Assembly: GCA_963668175.1 (NCBI GenBank)
Contig: OY764159.1
Location: 480,001-544,000, forward strand
Direction: 5' to 3'
DNA from: Syntrophales bacterium
GTDB lineage: Bacteria > Desulfobacterota > Syntrophia > Syntrophales > PHBD01
DNA: 64,000 nt
Part shown: positions 50,627 through 60,464 of the stretch, piece by piece
How positions within the stretch are numbered: position 1 is the first letter of the stretch
How the letters are laid out: the number at the start of each line of letters is the position of its first letter
Made by a program: the position numbers and the translations under genes
Notes under the pieces: generated by a model
What the model was told of the DNA's origin: nothing
What the model saw: the letters and a program-made list of their open reading frames with translations, nothing else
The model's database searches: none

Positions 50627-50978
50627 TTCTTATTCCTCCTTTCTCATTTTTATTCATATTAATTCGACTCACGAGAATTAGTATTCTCAGAACCTACCTT
50701 TGAAAGCTATACGCAAATCTTTTTAAAAGAATATGCCGGGGGCAAGAGGGCCTTCTTGCCCATTTTTTCCATGTCGTTGATAATCATCGTCCAGCGCGTT
50801 AATATCCATGTAATCGATAACACATATAACCCCTATCAGTTCCCATCCATCAGCGTTCCAGTTAACGGCATACTTCCGGATAGTATGCCATGATCTCGGA
50901 ACATCAATGCCTCTGCCTTACTTCTACCTCCTTTCTACCATGGCGGTTGTCTAACGCATTATGAATGCCTTCAATAAA

Positions 50979-51464
50979 TCAAAGTAGCCAGAGGATCGTC
51001 ATCCTAAGCCTGACTTCAAATTTTTTCCTCTCTTCTCCTTTCAGAGTGAACCTCAATGAAGTCTCCGATCCTTTATGCGAATGTCCGGGAAGGGCATCGA
51101 TATTGTCGTCGTTGTCAGTATTATCATGCTGCACTTCAGTAAGGAGCTTATGCGCAGCATCTAGCACCCCCCTATGCCCTTCGCGACCTTCTGCTTTGTA
51201 GTCCAAGATGAAACGTTCCATTTTCCTGATGCGGTCGATAGGCACTTTGACGATGTCATCGCCAATAGTGCCGGATTTTAGAAAGCCAAGATACAGCGCA
51301 GCGAGCAAGAAGGGGCGGATATTGCCTTCCAAGGTTTTGCCTTTTAGCGTAAAGCGGACTTCCGGCATATGGAGCTGCGGGTTTTTACGACGACTGATCT
51401 TGATGTCGGGCAGATGCCGTATTATTTCCTTTTCGCTCGTGAATTGTCGGATCGGCTTATTCAT
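50979..51464 (-). CDS. hypothetical protein (161 aa)
   Basis: AAGGAGG RBS; RFTLKG occurs twice; same orientation as the element backbone. Confidence 0.55.
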   Translation of the reverse strand: MNKPIRQFTSEKEIIRHLPDIKISRRKNPQLHMPEVRFTLKGKTLEGNIRPFLLAALYLGFLKSGTIGDDIVKVPIDRIRKMERFILDYKAEGREGHRGVLDAAHKLLTEVQHDNTDNDDNIDALPGHSHKGSETSLRFTLKGEERKKFEVRLRMTILWLL

Positions 51465-51909
51465 CCTGCTGGGTGCCTCCTTATCCCTGAATCATCCTGC
51501 CTATTCCGTTGTTGTCCTAGATTATCCGTATCGATCCTTTTTATACCCCGACTCAAATAAATCGTTTTTAAAGCAATACCAGAAGTCAGGTGGCTATCAT
51601 CACCAACCTTGAGTTTGGGAAATCGCGTATAAGCGATATTTGAGCGTCAAAAGTCGGGTTTTACAGAGAGGCAGGGCACTGCGAAAGTGACATGCTCTCA
51701 AATGCGCCACAATCCTAATTTACAGAGGAATCGATTGAATTATTTCCATCTCTGTCTGACACACTGAGAAAGCAGCGTTCCATCCAGCGTAGAACGATAT
51801 ATCAGCAGCATGTGCCAGATATGCATACGTCCTGATTGCTCATTGAGAGGAGATATCCTGTGAGAAGTCTTGTCCAAAGGCTGCCTGCTGTATTCTGTCA
51901 AGGGAGTTC

Positions 51910-52956
51910 TCATATACTTTTGCGGCAGATTCTAGCCCACTCAGAATCAGCCTGCATCATCACTTCCATCAGCGCCGCTTTGAAGCCCTCGAATCTTGCC
52001 ATGTCCTTAACATACTGATTCAAACCCTTGATGAACCCTCTGTGATTGATATGCTCTAGTTGAAAACAATCACCGTTTCCGTAGTTATCAGTCGCTCGAT
52101 AATCCTTATGGAAAACTGGAAGTTCCGTTGACCCCTCAAAGCATTTGAAGTGATAAATATCCTTATTCATTTCGTAAAAGCTTATACCCGTGATAAGATC
52201 GCCGATCCGACTGATTCCGTGTTTTCGGAGCCTATGTCTGGGAGCAGAATACTCTAGTCTGACTCTATCGATATCCTTGATGTCCCAATAATCGCCTGTC
52301 CTGTTGCCGTCTGAGCCTCTTTCATAAATTTTCGTATCCCCGACTCGATATACAGTATTCATCCTATTGCAATTCCCTGTCATTGTCAGTTGACCGCCGT
52401 ATATTTGTGCCCCCCGTCGATAAGGAATGTAGAGACATTTTTTCAACGCCCAGAACAGATTTTCGGCACATCGGGAGTTCCATGCGGGAAGATCAATCGT
52501 GTAGTCGATTGATGACACGCCGGCTTTCGGAAGGTCTTTCCTGATTTTAATCAACAACTCCTTCAGATTCGCCAAGGAACAGCTCTCTTTCGTATGTATT
52601 TCAATCCAGAATGGAGCTTGACGACCAATCGGGAACGTAAAGATGTAGATGTCGCAGGCGGGGAGGTGTTTAATCCATCTTTCTTGATAGTAATCCATTC
52701 TCCTTTGTTGCGGTGGCACCTTGTCGATGAAATAAGGATCAAACAACCTATGAATCGTCCCACGATCTCTGGCAATGTTCTGGCTTCCTACAGTCAATAC
52801 GATCTTGTGGATGAACGCATGTATCATTAACGGTGAATATGGGTCTTCCCCGTCGAGAGATTCGTTCTTTATCCCTTCCAAGCAGTGGCTGACGTATTGC
52901 AATGCCGTTGTTTCCTTTAACCCCCGACTCATTCCTACCCGATCAACCGTCATCAT
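51910..52956 (-). CDS. putative Rep_trans-like (rolling-circle) replication initiator/relaxase
   Basis: VSSIDYTIDLP, TVY..GDTKIYERG and RVRLEY resemble Rep_trans motifs (RxDxAxD, xIYxK, RxE); follows the Xis-like gene. Confidence 0.5.
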   Translation of the reverse strand: MMTVDRVGMSRGLKETTALQYVSHCLEGIKNESLDGEDPYSPLMIHAFIHKIVLTVGSQNIARDRGTIHRLFDPYFIDKVPPQQRRMDYYQERWIKHLPACDIYIFTFPIGRQAPFWIEIHTKESCSLANLKELLIKIRKDLPKAGVSSIDYTIDLPAWNSRCAENLFWALKKCLYIPYRRGAQIYGGQLTMTGNCNRMNTVYRVGDTKIYERGSDGNRTGDYWDIKDIDRVRLEYSAPRHRLRKHGISRIGDLITGISFYEMNKDIYHFKCFEGSTELPVFHKDYRATDNYGNGDCFQLEHINHRGFIKGLNQYVKDMARFEGFKAALMEVMMQADSEWARICRKSI

Positions 52957-53036
52957 CCATTTCCTTCCTGCTAAATGATCTCAACATAAGAGGCAAGGCA
53001 TCCGTTTCTTGCCAATGCGACACAAATGAGATTGGG

Positions 53037-53258
53037 CTATTCCTTCGGGAAAGAATCCACAGTCAATACAGGATTCTGTTTCAGCCATGCCTCGAAGTCT
53101 TCTACCATGTATCTTATGCCCCCACGACTGTTGGTACGGTAAAATCTGGGTCCTTGTTTGCGATATCGCATCGTGCAAAGTTGCCCGACGGTGAATCCAT
53201 AAAGAGCTGCTGCCTGACGAGGTGTTATCGCTTTTGGTGTTATTTTTTCGTTATTCAT
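53037..53258 (-). CDS. excisionase/AlpA-like HTH protein
   Basis: ITPRQAAALYGFTVGQLCTMRYRKQGPRFY...IRYMVEDFEAWL. Confidence 0.85.
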   Translation of the reverse strand: MNNEKITPKAITPRQAAALYGFTVGQLCTMRYRKQGPRFYRTNSRGGIRYMVEDFEAWLKQNPVLTVDSFPKE

Positions 53259-53265
53259 TGATGAC

Positions 53266-53318
53266 CTCCATGCTGGTTTGCATGGAGACGATTATAGATG
53301 AGGATTAGCGGACGTCAA
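53266..53318 (-). promoter_or_regulatory. sigma-70 promoter plus palindromic operator for the xis-rep genes
   Basis: Minus strand TTGACG-16-TATAAT (53318-53291); CTCCATGC-N6-GCATGGAG (53266-87) covers the predicted +1 and the RBS. Confidence 0.7.
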
Positions 53319-53337
53319 ATGAAGGTAAGGGGTGCTG

Positions 53338-54204
53338 CTAAACTTCGAAATCGCCAGGTTGATATGGGCCAGGGAATGTGAATCGTTCGACATTTTTTAT
53401 GATCTTTTCCGCTCGCTTCACATCAGGACTAGGTTTTTTGCGATTGCCGCTCGCATTCGGCTCTCGTATGAACTGATCATATGCCTCTAGATATCTTGCA
53501 AGTTCATCTTCGTGTATTCTATTGATCGAGGCGGAGCTTCGACTCCTGTACGCCCCCTTCGTCTCCAAGAACTGCCTTCTTTCTTTTCTGATACTGTTGA
53601 GTTCCTTGCCGACTTGTTTGCCCGTCAGCTTGCGAAGGGGTACAGCCACGAAGACATATTCATTGTCTGACGTGATCAGTTCCAAGATTTCTTTCGAAGT
53701 GGGACATCGATTGTCTTTAAGCTTTCTAAATCTGCGCAACGAAGCCTCCAATAAGGGTAAGGCCTGAACGGCTTCTGGATCGCTTAAATCGATCATAAAA
53801 TCATCTCGCAGCCTGCTGCCATTTTCGCTCCACCATTTTTCGAATCCATCTTCATCTTCGTGGACATCGCCAAAGAATTCCCAACTATCCAAAAGTTCCC
53901 ATGGGTCAGAATAATCTCGCCCTTCTACCGATTCGTGTTTTTCTTTCCATTTGTCACGATAAAGCTCTTCAACCCTATCAAATATACGGGCGTCTCTACT
54001 AAGCTCTGTGATTTTTTTCAAACGGTATAAGTCTCTACCGGAAAGCGCTTTGCCCTTATCAGTTGTGGTAGATTCGGTGACGGCAATTTCTTCCTCTGCT
54101 TGCTGTATGGTTTCGCAGAATTCCCTATATCGTGTGCTCCGCTTAAGATATTTCCACCACAACTCGTATATTGTTTTCGGCTCTATGGGTTTGCTTCTGG
54201 GCAT
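53338..54204 (-). CDS. hypothetical protein, possible transcriptional regulator of the element
   Basis: N-terminal WWKYLKRSTRY; lies between integrase and xis. Confidence 0.6.
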   Translation of the reverse strand: MPRSKPIEPKTIYELWWKYLKRSTRYREFCETIQQAEEEIAVTESTTTDKGKALSGRDLYRLKKITELSRDARIFDRVEELYRDKWKEKHESVEGRDYSDPWELLDSWEFFGDVHEDEDGFEKWWSENGSRLRDDFMIDLSDPEAVQALPLLEASLRRFRKLKDNRCPTSKEILELITSDNEYVFVAVPLRKLTGKQVGKELNSIRKERRQFLETKGAYRSRSSASINRIHEDELARYLEAYDQFIREPNASGNRKKPSPDVKRAEKIIKNVERFTFPGPYQPGDFEV

Positions 54205-54248
54205 GGATAGTTCCTTTCCGTGGAGGCCCTTCGGATCAGTCCCATTTC

Positions 54249-55403
54249 TTATGATTGCTCGGCTTGAGCGTTGGCATTTGTATCTCGTTTTTCTTTGAAG
54301 ATATTCTCAAGCTTCGCAGTCGCCTGCCTTTTTTGATCGGGCATCAGGTGTGCATAGCGAGCAGTCATGGCAAGTGTTTTGTGCCCCAGAAGTTCCTTAA
54401 TCGTTAAAATCGTTTCGCCTTGTGATGCGAGCCAGGAGGCGAATGTGTGCCTTAAACTGTGGAATGTAATGATGTGGCGAGGGTCTTCTATCCCGTCGTT
54501 GAATTTCAGCTTGTTAACTGTTCTGGCATATGCGTTCGATACCCGCTGGATTTTACCCCCATGGCTCCTAGCTTTGAAAACATATTCGTCAGGCAAATCA
54601 GGTTTTCTGGCAAGAAGCGTCTCTTTAACAGCTTCTGTCATATAGGCTTTGCGGCTTTCCTTGTTTTTCGGGTCGGCAATGTTGATTATACTGTTTTCGA
54701 AGTTCAAATCCTGCCCCTTGAGATTGAAAATCTCTCCCGCCCTCAATCCACAATGCAGGCTGATCAATGCCATATCATGCACCGTTTTTGAGGTCTTTTC
54801 TAATTCCGTCAACAAAGTATCTGCCTCATCATATGATAGGAATCGATCCCTCTGATTTTTGATAACGGGCATCTTCACCCCTTTGATCGGGTTATCGCCT
54901 TTATACAAACCCCAGGTGATTGCTTTGTTTACTATCTGGCGGAACACGACAAGGCAATGCTTTATACTGGCGGGAGACATTTCTCTCTTGGTCAGATCAG
55001 TTTTCAATCTCTCAAGATCGAACGACGAAATATCGCTGATTCTCTTTTCGCCAAACAGAGGGGCAAGGTGTTTTCGGTATCTACTTTCATCATCCCGTCC
55101 ATACCTCGCCCTGTTGTCTTTCGCCCATTCAATATACGCCTGCGCGGCATCTTTGAAGTACGGGGCTTTGGGTTTTTGCTTAGGTAATTGTTCGCCATGT
55201 CTCAGGCTCCTTATGCGTTCAGCCCGGAGCTGAGATGCAACCCTGACTGAATACCCCTCACTCAACCAGCCGATCTTTTCCCATATTTTCTTCCTGTCCT
55301 TCTTGTAAGTGACGTAGAAACACACGTCGGGCTTGCCAAGAAAATTCCTATGCTCGGATTTTCTTTCGTAGACACCTGGTTGTTTTCGGGTTATATTTCT
55401 CAT
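54249..55403 (-). CDS. int: tyrosine integrase of the element
   Basis: GLRAGE, PKNK, HSLRH, LLGH, TARYAH; N-terminal arm-binding-like region; adjacent to att. Confidence 0.96.
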   Translation of the reverse strand: MRNITRKQPGVYERKSEHRNFLGKPDVCFYVTYKKDRKKIWEKIGWLSEGYSVRVASQLRAERIRSLRHGEQLPKQKPKAPYFKDAAQAYIEWAKDNRARYGRDDESRYRKHLAPLFGEKRISDISSFDLERLKTDLTKREMSPASIKHCLVVFRQIVNKAITWGLYKGDNPIKGVKMPVIKNQRDRFLSYDEADTLLTELEKTSKTVHDMALISLHCGLRAGEIFNLKGQDLNFENSIINIADPKNKESRKAYMTEAVKETLLARKPDLPDEYVFKARSHGGKIQRVSNAYARTVNKLKFNDGIEDPRHIITFHSLRHTFASWLASQGETILTIKELLGHKTLAMTARYAHLMPDQKRQATAKLENIFKEKRDTNANAQAEQS

Positions 55404-55454
55404 TAAGTTCTACGTGAGGGGCACGGGTTATATCGCGTAGGGGTATGATTCTTT

Positions 55455-55474
55455 TTCTACCCTATTTCTACCCC
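55455..55474 (+). repeat. 20-bp repeat, putative integrase arm site (right)
   Basis: Identical to 42847-42866. Confidence 0.75.
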
Positions 55475-55602
55475 TATACGTCATTTATTGTGATTCCTTG
55501 AGAATAGGATCGTCTATCGTTAACATGTTAAGTTGTTTATATTATAAGATATGTGATGTCAAGCGATTTTCTGTGACGAGGATGATTTGCCGTATTAATC
55601 GT

Positions 55603-55648
55603 ATTCCTAATCCGTGTGCCGGGCGTTCGAATCGCCCCGGGGGCACCA
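55603..55648 (+). repeat. att core, right copy (duplicated tRNA-Arg 3' end)
   Basis: ATTCCTAATCCGTGTGCCGGGCGTTCGAATCGCCCCGGGGGCACCA, identical to 42753-42798. Confidence 0.95.
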
Positions 55649-55978
55649 TTTCAATCATCACATCATGCTCAACCATGATTTTTCTTTTCCCCTTATCCTT
55701 ATTTTTTACAAAAATGCGCAGACGCTGACTTTCAAAAGTCTCTTTGAAAGTCGCTCATAATGTAACTCCTCGCGAAATTGTCGTTGCTCCGGAAACCTTT
55801 CAGACAAGGTGCGTTGCACCCCCATTAACCCCTATGTATCTGAATAGAAAGGCAAACATCTTTTCAATGCGGGACAAGGTTAAGTGAATCGATTTTCCTC
55901 TATTCTTTTTCCCCAAAAAAAAGTATATATATACTATTCATCGTTACATACAGTACTGATCTCGTTTGAGCTCCATAC

Positions 55979-58051
55979 ATGAAAGTCTCAGGCATCATTA
56001 GATACGTTGAGTCTTTGTCGCCTGTCGATACCATCGGCCAGGCCTTGTATCTTATGTATTCAAACAACGTGGATATCGTTCCCGTTGCCGGTTTGCGTAA
56101 TCGTCCCGTCGCAGCCGTTACCCATAAGGATCTCATGCAGGCCCTGCAAAGCGGCAACTCTTTGGCCGAACCGGTCGGGAATCATTTATCCATCTCTGCC
56201 GGCCGCGTATCCCTCGACATCGAAGTTGACAGAATCCCCGGCGGTACGGCTATTCCCTCCCTTGTTGTAGATAAAGATGGTACGGTCCTCGGCGTTGTCA
56301 CCCTGGCGGATTACGCTGCAGCGCTCAAGAGCGCCATCAAGGAATTTCGAAGACAGATTTATTCGATCATGGATTCCGCAGAAAGCGGTATCGTAGCAAT
56401 TAACGAAAGCGGCACTATTGTAACGGCCAATCGCAAGGCTGAAGAGTTATTTGGTCATGAACCCGGCAGCTTCATCGGACGCAAGGTTCTCGAGGCGATA
56501 CCCAACAGCCGTCTCATGGATATCATGAAATCCGGAAAACCGCTCACGGGGCAGAAATTTGAGGGGACAAACATGTCTTTCGTGGCCAATTATGCTCCCG
56601 TCATCAGAGACGGCAAAGTCGTGGGCGCCGTCAGCGTCTTTCAGGATATTTCCCACTTGGAGGAAATCTCCAACGAACTGGGCGTCGTCAAGGGCCTGAA
56701 CCGCGAACTTGGCGCCATTATCCATTCCTCGTACGACGGTATCTGGGTCACCGACGGCGAGGGGCGTGTTCTCGACATCAACGAAGCGTATGAAAGGATT
56801 ACCGGCATCAAAGCCAGCGAAGTCATCGGCCGAACGATGTATGAGCTCGTAGATGAGGGGTACTTCAACCAGTCCGTAACGCTCGTCGTCATGAAAGAGC
56901 TCAGGAGCGTCACCATCAGCCAAACCGTGAAGGGAAAGAAGCAGATTCTCGTCACCGGCAATCCCATTTTCGACGAAAACGGCAAACTCTTCCGTGTTGT
57001 TACCAACGTCCGGGATGTCTCGGAACTGGCAAACCTTCAGGAACAGCTCTGCCATGAAAAAGCGCGCGCCCTTAAATACAAGACCGAGTTGACCCATCTG
57101 CGGTCCCTGCAGATTCGCAGCGCCGAGTTGATCTTTCGGAGTAGTGTGATGATGCAGGTTGTCGACCTCGCCATCAAGATGGCCGATGTGGATTCCACCC
57201 TGCTCATTACGGGCGAATCGGGAACCGGCAAAGAAGTCATTGCTAAACTCGTTCACAGACAGGGCAAAGGCGATGCGAGTCCCTTCATCGGCATCAATTG
57301 CGCCGCTATTCCGGAGCAACTCCTAGAGTCGGAGCTATTCGGCTACGAAGGCGGTTCCTTTACGGGCGCCAAGAAAGAAGGAAAGCCGGGCCTCTTCGAA
57401 CTCGCCCACAAAGGCACGCTTTTTCTCGATGAAGTGGCGGAACTGCCTCTTCCCTTACAGGTTAAGATTCTTCGCGTTATTCAGGAAAGGCATATTACCC
57501 GCGTCGGGGGAACAGTTGCCAAGCCTGTCACCGTTCGGATCATCACCGCCACGAACCGGAATCTCTCCAAGCTGATCACGGAAGGTTCTTTCCGCGAAGA
57601 CCTCTATTACCGCCTGATGGTTGTTCCGATCAACGTGCCTCCGCTACGCAACCGCAAAGAAGACATTCCTCTCTTGGTACGCCATTTTCTGGACGAATTG
57701 AACCGTCATTTCGGATACAACAAGGCCATCTCCCCTCAAGTTCTTGATAAGCTTATTAATTATGCCTGGCCGGGTAATGTCCGGGAACTGAGGAACGTGA
57801 TCGAACGGATGATCGTCATGTCACAGGGAGATGAAATCACCGTCAACGACCTGCCCGGATTCATCCATGTCAGGCATCCGCTTCACCGTCACGGCGCCCG
57901 CCTGCGGGACGCGGTTATCGAAACGGAAACCCATCTTTTGTCCGATACGTTTAAGGAATGCGGATCATGGCAAAAGACGGCAAAGATCCTCGGAGTGGAC
58001 AGGGCCACTGTCTTTCGCAAGGCATCGAGGTACGGCCTCCTGAACAAATAG
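55979..58051 (+). CDS. sigma-54-dependent activator (CBS pair, two PAS, AAA+, Fis HTH)
   Basis: GESGTGKE, ESELFGYEGGSFTGA, FLDEV, WPGNVREL, AKILGVDRATVFRK. Confidence 0.94.
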   Translation: MKVSGIIRYVESLSPVDTIGQALYLMYSNNVDIVPVAGLRNRPVAAVTHKDLMQALQSGNSLAEPVGNHLSISAGRVSLDIEVDRIPGGTAIPSLVVDKDGTVLGVVTLADYAAALKSAIKEFRRQIYSIMDSAESGIVAINESGTIVTANRKAEELFGHEPGSFIGRKVLEAIPNSRLMDIMKSGKPLTGQKFEGTNMSFVANYAPVIRDGKVVGAVSVFQDISHLEEISNELGVVKGLNRELGAIIHSSYDGIWVTDGEGRVLDINEAYERITGIKASEVIGRTMYELVDEGYFNQSVTLVVMKELRSVTISQTVKGKKQILVTGNPIFDENGKLFRVVTNVRDVSELANLQEQLCHEKARALKYKTELTHLRSLQIRSAELIFRSSVMMQVVDLAIKMADVDSTLLITGESGTGKEVIAKLVHRQGKGDASPFIGINCAAIPEQLLESELFGYEGGSFTGAKKEGKPGLFELAHKGTLFLDEVAELPLPLQVKILRVIQERHITRVGGTVAKPVTVRIITATNRNLSKLITEGSFREDLYYRLMVVPINVPPLRNRKEDIPLLVRHFLDELNRHFGYNKAISPQVLDKLINYAWPGNVRELRNVIERMIVMSQGDEITVNDLPGFIHVRHPLHRHGARLRDAVIETETHLLSDTFKECGSWQKTAKILGVDRATVFRKASRYGLLNK

Positions 58052-58084
58052 TCGCATGTCTGCGACTCGCAGCATTTCTGCGAC
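58051..58084. promoter_or_regulatory. putative upstream activator sites for the sigma-54 promoter
   Basis: GTCGCA-N4-TGCGAC (58051-66) and GCAGCA-N4-TGCGAC (58069-84), about 160-190 bp upstream of the -24/-12 site. Confidence 0.65.
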
Positions 58085-58240
58085 TTCTTGTATTTTCAAT
58101 TCGATATACACGATACATGCCATTATCTATGCATTTCTGCATCGTCACCGGATTATCCTATCCCACGCCGCTTGCGCCACCACCCTGTAACATCCTAATT
58201 AGATAGTCGAATTCCCCTCCCCCCCCTAAGTCATTCGTAA

Positions 58241-58255
58241 CGGCATACAAATTGC
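58241..58255 (+). promoter_or_regulatory. sigma-54 -24/-12 promoter
   Basis: CGGCAT-ACAAA-TTGC (GG-N10-GC). Confidence 0.75.
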
Positions 58256-58323
58256 CTATCTGATGATTATCAACGCAATAATTTTTTAATAAACAGTCCA
58301 ACCAAACCACATGAGGAGGGATT

Positions 58324-59529
58324 ATGTTTGCCAAGATATTGTCCAGCGTTCTGTTCTTCGTATTTCTATTCTCCCAGGTTGCATATGGTGCGGGCACATT
58401 CGTGATAGGCTGCCCCGCACCCATGACTGGACCAGGAGCCAATTTCGGCGAGAAATTCAAAAAAGCCTACACCATGGCCGTGGACGAAATCAACGCCAGA
58501 GGCGGTGTGAATGGAAACAAGCTTCAGCTTGTCTTCGAAGACACCCAGGCGAAACCGGCCCTGGCAGTTTCCTCCGCCAAGAAGCTCATCTCTTCTGATA
58601 ATGTCATCGCGTTGCTTGGCGGCTGGAGCAGCGGCGTTGCGTTTGCGGTTGCACCTGTGGCCCTCGACAACAAGACGCCTTACCTGCTCGAACATCCGGC
58701 CCTTGATGATATCACCCGCAAGAACAACGACTATGTGTTCCGCTTTCAGCCGACGACAGGCATGTACAGCGCCGCCCTTGAGGATTTCGTTTTGAAAGTC
58801 GTCTATCCCAAAGAAAACAAGAAACAGTTGAAGGTTGCCTATCTCTATGTGGACAATGCCTTCGGCCAGGGCGTTGCAAAGTACGGCATTCTGCCTTTCT
58901 TAAAGAAAAATCCTGACAAGTTTAATCTCGTCGTTTCGGAAGCATATAATGAAAACTCCATGGATTACAAGCCGCTGCTGCTTAAAGTCGTGCACGCCGC
59001 ACCCGATATGGTTGTGCTCACTTCCTATCTGACAGACGGGATTCTTCTTGCAAAGCAGATCAAAGAAGTCGGGCTTAAAGCGAAGATGTTCTCCGGGACC
59101 GGTGCCGGTCACAGCATGCAGGACATCTATGAAAAGAGCGGCAAGGCGACGGAGAAATATTTCAGCTCCGGACCGTGGCACGGTGAAATAAAGGACCCGA
59201 ACTGGAAGAAATGGCATGCCGCTTGGGAAAAGAAGTACAAATATGCTCCCGGTGAACATGAGGTCGAAGGCTATGTGGCCGTTCAAGTCCTTGCCGAAGC
59301 GCTCAAGGGCGTGAAATCTACCAACATTGCGAAGCAACGAGAAGAGCTGAAAGCAAGTCTTAAAGCCCTTAATATGAAAACCATTTTCGGCACCGTCAAA
59401 TTTGAGAATTTCGATGGATATACCAACCAGAACAAAGCCTACAAGATGACTGCCGTAGCGCAATGGATCGACGGCAAGCTTATCCAGGTCTGGCCGAAAG
59501 AGGCCGCGGAACGTCAACCCGTATATTAA
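58324..59529 (+). CDS. LivJ/LivK-type ABC substrate-binding protein
   Basis: Signal peptide; APMTG, AVDEINARGGVNG, EDTQAKP. Confidence 0.92.
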   Translation: MFAKILSSVLFFVFLFSQVAYGAGTFVIGCPAPMTGPGANFGEKFKKAYTMAVDEINARGGVNGNKLQLVFEDTQAKPALAVSSAKKLISSDNVIALLGGWSSGVAFAVAPVALDNKTPYLLEHPALDDITRKNNDYVFRFQPTTGMYSAALEDFVLKVVYPKENKKQLKVAYLYVDNAFGQGVAKYGILPFLKKNPDKFNLVVSEAYNENSMDYKPLLLKVVHAAPDMVVLTSYLTDGILLAKQIKEVGLKAKMFSGTGAGHSMQDIYEKSGKATEKYFSSGPWHGEIKDPNWKKWHAAWEKKYKYAPGEHEVEGYVAVQVLAEALKGVKSTNIAKQREELKASLKALNMKTIFGTVKFENFDGYTNQNKAYKMTAVAQWIDGKLIQVWPKEAAERQPVY

Positions 59530-59594
59530 CTAATGAACGGAAGCGGGTTGCCGTCCGTCGGCACCCTCACCCACGAAACTGCGGTATATAGACT

Positions 59595-60461
59595 ATGATA
59601 ACTTCGATCATTATAAACGGCATCCTGATCGGGCTCATCTATGCTCTTCTCGCCATAGGACTAACCATGATCTTCGGTGTCATGCGGATCATCAATATGT
59701 TCCATGGCGATGCAGTGATGCTCGGCATGTATGCCGCCTATGTTCTGTTTGACAGGTTCGGGATCAGTCCTTATGTCAGTGTGTTTTTGACAGCCCCGGT
59801 CTTCTTTATCCTCGGCGCGGTCATTTACAAATTCCTGATCGACCCCATACCCGTCAGGGAAAGGGAGATAACATCCCTTATCATTACCCTCGGTATCTCG
59901 TTTATTTTCGCTACGTCGGCAATGTACATCTGGTCGGCCGATTACCGTACCGTTACGCTCCCCTTTTCCCAGGACGTCATGGTTTTTCTTGAGACAAGAA
60001 TCGGTTACCCGGCACTGATCTCGTCATGCATGTCCGCCGTCCTGATCGTGGCATTCTATCTCTTCATGTCCAAGACCTATATAGGGAGGGCCATAAGGGC
60101 CACTGAACTGGACAAGGATACGGCATCGGTCATGGGAGTCAATGTGAAATGGATTTCGATCGCGACCTTCGGTATCGGCGTCGTACTGGCGGCCATGGCC
60201 GGAGGCGTCCTTTCACCCATTTTCTACATCTATCCCTTTGTCGGCGGCAACTTCGTGATCAAGGCATTCACCATCGTCGTGCTGGGCGGAATGGGTTCCG
60301 TGACCGGCGCTCTGGTGGGGGGTGTCGTCCTTGGCGTGGCGGAAGCCTTAGCGAGTACTTTTTTAGAATACAGTATGAAAGATATCATGGCTTTCATCCT
60401 CTTCCTGGGGATACTGCTCTTCAAGCCATCCGGTTTACTTGGAGGAAAGACGAGGCTATAG
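59595..60461 (+). CDS. LivH-type ABC permease
   Basis: YALLAIGLTMIFGVMRIINMFHG, GRAIRA, VLGGMGS. Confidence 0.93.
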   Translation: MITSIIINGILIGLIYALLAIGLTMIFGVMRIINMFHGDAVMLGMYAAYVLFDRFGISPYVSVFLTAPVFFILGAVIYKFLIDPIPVREREITSLIITLGISFIFATSAMYIWSADYRTVTLPFSQDVMVFLETRIGYPALISSCMSAVLIVAFYLFMSKTYIGRAIRATELDKDTASVMGVNVKWISIATFGIGVVLAAMAGGVLSPIFYIYPFVGGNFVIKAFTIVVLGGMGSVTGALVGGVVLGVAEALASTFLEYSMKDIMAFILFLGILLFKPSGLLGGKTRL

Positions 60462-60464
60462 ATT

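Larger units (their letters stand above)
42799..55648. mobile_element. tRNA-Arg-integrated element (about 12.9 kb): integrase/Xis/Rep backbone with defence and regulatory cargo
   Basis: 46-bp direct repeats at the ends, integrase next to the right repeat, visibly AT-richer than the flanks. Confidence 0.93.

Noticed and set aside
48286..50897. Perfect 14-bp inverted repeat GAGATCATGGCATA (48286-99 / 50884-97) bracketing the XRE-ImmA block, a possible invertible segment
   Set aside because: It does not extend on either side and has no recombinase core-site symmetry. Roughly 0.3 such matches are expected by chance in 13 kb.
55603..55648. Second tRNA-like sequence
   Set aside because: Only the 3' 46 nt are present; this is the att duplication, not a gene.
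55727..55752. Palindrome GACTTTCAAA-N6-TTTGAAAGTC after attR
   Set aside because: Single copy; probably the original tRNA terminator or a regulator site, and cannot be assigned.
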